This document shows positions 61,197-64,000 of a stretch of DNA of 64,000 nucleotides, piece after piece; the stretch's first letter is position 1, and every line of letters begins with the position of its first letter. This DNA comes from Candidatus Binatia bacterium (GTDB taxonomy: Bacteria; Desulfobacterota; Binatia; HRBIN30): contig JBBRSP010000010.1 in NCBI GenBank assembly GCA_038245295.1, forward strand, positions 128,001 to 192,000, read 5' to 3'. A model generated the notes under the pieces. The model worked only from the letters and a program-made list of their open reading frames with translations, had not been told where the DNA came from and made no database searches. Made by a program: the position numbers and the translations under genes.

Positions 61197-62398
61197 CCGA
61201 TTCAATGATCGAGGCGGCGCTGAGCGACCTGCACGAGGGCCGCATGGTGCTGATTCAGGACGCGCGTCGTGGCGAGGCAATCGTTTGCAAAGCTGCCGAG
61301 CGGGTGACCCCGGACGATGTGAACTTCATGGCGACCCATGCGCGCGGCCTGGTCGAGGTCGCGCTGCCGAAGGAGCGCCTGCAGCTCTTGGGAATTCCGT
61401 TGATGCCTGAGGCGACGCCGCAGGGTAAGCGTTACGGCGCGTCGGTGGAGGCGAGCAAGGGTGTGACGACGGGAATCTCGGCCGGCGATCGGGCCGCGAC
61501 GATTCGTGTTCTGGTCGCCAAGGGCAAGGGTCCGGATGACGTCGTGATGCCCGGACATGTCTTTCCGATTCAGGTGCACAGCGGTGGTGTCCTAGGTTTT
61601 GCCGGCCTCGCCGAAGCCTCGGTGGATCTCGTGCGGCTGAGCGGCATGAAGCCGGCCGCAGCAATCTGTACGGTTCTCGACGATGCCGGGAATCTCGCCG
61701 ACCGTGAGGATCTCAAAAGTTTTGCCGACTTGTTCGAGCTCAATGTCGTATCGATCGACGACCTGGTGAACTATCGACTGCGGCGCGAGGCGTTGGTTGA
61801 ACGGGTTGCCGACGTGCCGATCGTCACGGCGTTCGGCACCAAGTTCCGCATGGTCGTCTACAGCAACGAGGTGGATCGCAAGGAACACCTGGCGTTGGTG
61901 AAGGGGCGCGTCAAGCCGGGCGAGGCGGTTCTGTGTCGCATCCACTCTGAGTGTTTGACCGGCGATGTCTTCGGTTCGGAGCGCTGCGACTGCGGCGATC
62001 AGCTGCGTCAGGCACTGGCGCACATCGATGCCGAGGGCAAGGGTGTGCTGGTCTACATGCAGCAGGAGGGGCGTGGCATCGGGCTCGCCAACAAGATTCG
62101 CGCCTATGCGTTGCAGGATCAGGGGCGCGATACGGTCGAGGCCAACCTCGAGCTGGGCTTCGCCGACGACGGGCGCGACTACGGGATGGCGGCGCAGATT
62201 CTGCGCAACCTTGGCGTCACCAAGGTTCGTCTGATGACCAACAACCCGAAGAAGATCGAAGGCATCACCGCCTATGGGATCGAGGTCGCCGAACGCGTCG
62301 GCATCGAGATCCCGCCGCACCGCGGCAACCTGCGTTACTTGCAGGCGAAGAAGCAGAAGCTCGGGCATCTGTTCTCGAATCTCAACGTTCCAAACTAG
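61193..62398 (+). CDS. ribBA: GTP cyclohydrolase II fused to a degenerate DHBP-synthase domain
   Basis: [28 protein letters not shown] intact; RibB motifs altered. Confidence 0.9.
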   Translation: MTDSMIEAALSDLHEGRMVLIQDARRGEAIVCKAAERVTPDDVNFMATHARGLVEVALPKERLQLLGIPLMPEATPQGKRYGASVEASKGVTTGISAGDRAATIRVLVAKGKGPDDVVMPGHVFPIQVHSGGVLGFAGLAEASVDLVRLSGMKPAAAICTVLDDAGNLADREDLKSFADLFELNVVSIDDLVNYRLRREALVERVADVPIVTAFGTKFRMVVYSNEVDRKEHLALVKGRVKPGEAVLCRIHSECLTGDVFGSERCDCGDQLRQALAHIDAEGKGVLVYMQQEGRGIGLANKIRAYALQDQGRDTVEANLELGFADDGRDYGMAAQILRNLGVTKVRLMTNNPKKIEGITAYGIEVAERVGIEIPPHRGNLRYLQAKKQKLGHLFSNLNVPN

Positions 62399-62410
62399 GA
62401 AGAGCCAACC

Positions 62411-62875
62411 ATGCCACGTGTTCTCAGGGGCAGTAACGACGCGCGCGAGTTGCGCATCGGCATCGTCGTGTCGCGCTTCAACAGCATCGTCACCGAGCGG
62501 TTGTTGAACGGAGCGCTACGGGCGCTCGAAGCGTGTGGGCGAGGATTGGGCGATCTTGATGTGGCGCACGTCCCGGGCGCCTTCGAGATCCCGCTGCTGG
62601 CGGAAGCGATGATCGCCACCCAACGTTACGACGCCATCATCTGCCTCGGCGCCATCGTGCGCGGCGACACGATGCACCACGAGTACCTCGGCAAAGCGAT
62701 CTTCAATACCCTGCAAGAGATGCAGGTGCGGCACCGTCTGCCGATCGCCGTCGGCATCCTGACGACGGAGAACATGGAACAAGCCCTGGCGCGCGCGTCG
62801 GACGACGTCGGCAACAAGGGTTACGAGTCGGCGATGACCGTCATCGAGTGCGCCACGCTGCTGCGGCAGCTCTGA
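62411..62875 (+). CDS. ribH: lumazine synthase
   Basis: SRFN, VPGAFEIP, LGAIVRGDT.H, NKG. Confidence 0.96.
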   Translation: MPRVLRGSNDARELRIGIVVSRFNSIVTERLLNGALRALEACGRGLGDLDVAHVPGAFEIPLLAEAMIATQRYDAIICLGAIVRGDTMHHEYLGKAIFNTLQEMQVRHRLPIAVGILTTENMEQALARASDDVGNKGYESAMTVIECATLLRQL

Positions 62876-62914
62876 CGCCGCGGTCCTGCGGCCTCGGACC
62901 GCATCGGGGCGAGG

Positions 62915-62993
62915 CCGCAGGCTGAAGCCTGCGCCTACCGGTTCCGATTCCACCTGCATGTTCAGCGTGGTAGGCGCAGGCTTCAGCCTGCGG
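62915..62993. repeat. GTAG-type REP doublet
   Basis: Complementary 25-bp arms CCGCAGGCTGAAGCCTGCGCCTACC / GGTAGGCGCAGGCTTCAGCCTGCGG. Confidence 0.85.
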
Positions 62994-63054
62994 AGTGCTC
63001 CGACGCCGGCCCGGTTTCTCCGCGCTCGTTTCATTGCTAAGCCCTGTCGGACAC

Positions 63055-63501
63055 ATGGGATCACGACGCAAAGGACGCGAGCTTGCTGTGCAGGCTCTGT
63101 ATCAGATCGAGGTGCGTGGCGGCTCTTCGGCGCCGGACATGGCCCTCTTCTGGGAACAGGCGGATGCCGGTGAGCGGGCACGTGAGTTTGCTGCCGAGTT
63201 GATTTCTGGCGTGCGCGAGCGTCAGGCCGAGATTGATCCGCTGATCGCCGCCGCGGCGCAGCACTGGAAGCTGGAACGTCTGCCCCCCGTCGATTTGTGT
63301 GTGCTGCGCGTCGCGACGTACGAGCTTGTCGAGAGTGACCGCCCGCCGACCAGCGTCGTGATCAACGAGGCGATCGAGGTCGTGCGCAAGTTTGGGACGA
63401 TCGACTCGAGTAAGTTTGTCCACGGCGTGCTCGATCAAATTGCCGTCAAGCTCGGCGTGAAGGAACGGCCGGGCGAGGAGAAGCAGGAAGCCGACGATTA
63501 G
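63055..63501 (+). CDS. nusB: transcription antitermination factor NusB
   Basis: RRKGRELAVQALYQ, WKLERL, INEAIE, FVHGVLD. Confidence 0.95.
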   Translation: MGSRRKGRELAVQALYQIEVRGGSSAPDMALFWEQADAGERAREFAAELISGVRERQAEIDPLIAAAAQHWKLERLPPVDLCVLRVATYELVESDRPPTSVVINEAIEVVRKFGTIDSSKFVHGVLDQIAVKLGVKERPGEEKQEADD

Positions 63502-63515
63502 ATTGCGGCGGCGTT

Positions 63516-63633
63516 GCCCTCACCCTAACCCTCTCCCACCAGTGGGGCCTCCGCTGGTAGTGGGAGAGGGGACTCACTCCCTCTCCCGCCTCATCAGGAC
63601 CATCAAACGGCGGGAGAGGGTCGGGGTGAGGGC
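63516..63633. repeat. REP-like palindrome cluster (CCCTCACCC family)
   Basis: GCCCTCACCCTAACCCTCTCCC...GGGAGAGGGTCGGGGTGAGGGC. Confidence 0.75.
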
Positions 63634-63658
63634 GCGCAGCCGAGCAGTTAGGAACATC

Positions 63659-64000
63659 ATGGAAGAGCGTTACGATTCGACAACGGTAGAACAGAAATGG
63701 CGTCGCCTGTGGCACGAGCGCGGCACCAATAGTCCCAACCTGCGCGACGCCAAACGCCCGTACTACACGTTGATGATGTTCCCCTATCCCTCGGCGGAGG
63801 GGCTCCATGTCGGGCACGCCTTTGCTTTCCCCGGTGTCGATATCCACGGGCGCTTCAAACGCCTGCAGGGTTACGATGTCTTCGAGCCCATCGGCTTCGA
63901 TGCGTTCGGCATTCACTCGGAGAACTACGCGCTCAAGGTCGGCAGCAACCCGATTCAACTGATCCCCAAGACGATTGACAACTTCCGTCGTCAACTGAGT
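63659..64000 (+). CDS. leuS: leucyl-tRNA synthetase, partial (runs off the window)
   Basis: MEERYD...MMFPYPSAEGLHVGH...GFDAFGIHSENYA. Confidence 0.95.
   Translation, partial: MEERYDSTTVEQKWRRLWHERGTNSPNLRDAKRPYYTLMMFPYPSAEGLHVGHAFAFPGVDIHGRFKRLQGYDVFEPIGFDAFGIHSENYALKVGSNPIQLIPKTIDNFRRQLS

Overview
High-GC bacterial chromosome window; the gene style suggests a deltaproteobacterial lineage such as Binatota, which is inference only. Bases 1 to ~26.4 kb are accessory DNA lying 3' of a tRNA-Val(CAC). The main element there is a ~15 kb minus-strand defence-type operon: DUF499-like ATPase, short PglZ-like phosphatase, DUF1156-type amino-methyltransferase, small hypothetical protein, HNH nuclease, SNF2 helicase, AAA ATPase and S8 subtilase. 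It converges on an excisionase-type HTH gene and a truncated methylase/HsdR_N-like gene that resemble a MADS mad1-mad2 remnant. Next come gene debris (DUF6883/DUF4926, VapBC), a 41-bp alternating palindromic tandem array, and an operon of ECF sigma, double zinc-finger/dockerin-like anti-sigma, putative cohesin-like protein and VIT-VWA protein. Four separate gene truncations in the island abut the same GGAA-NN-GGGGAC / GGACACCCAC palindromic motif family. Bases 26.5-64 kb are core genome: phasin-like protein, hydantoinase/oxoprolinase A/B, yggT/yggU, DD-carboxypeptidase, GH36, rpsO-pnp-M16-dut, korAB, purCSQLF, nrdR-ribD-ribBA-ribH-nusB and partial leuS, with several REP-like palindrome families in the intergenic spaces. 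All family assignments come from reading motifs by eye; no database search was run.
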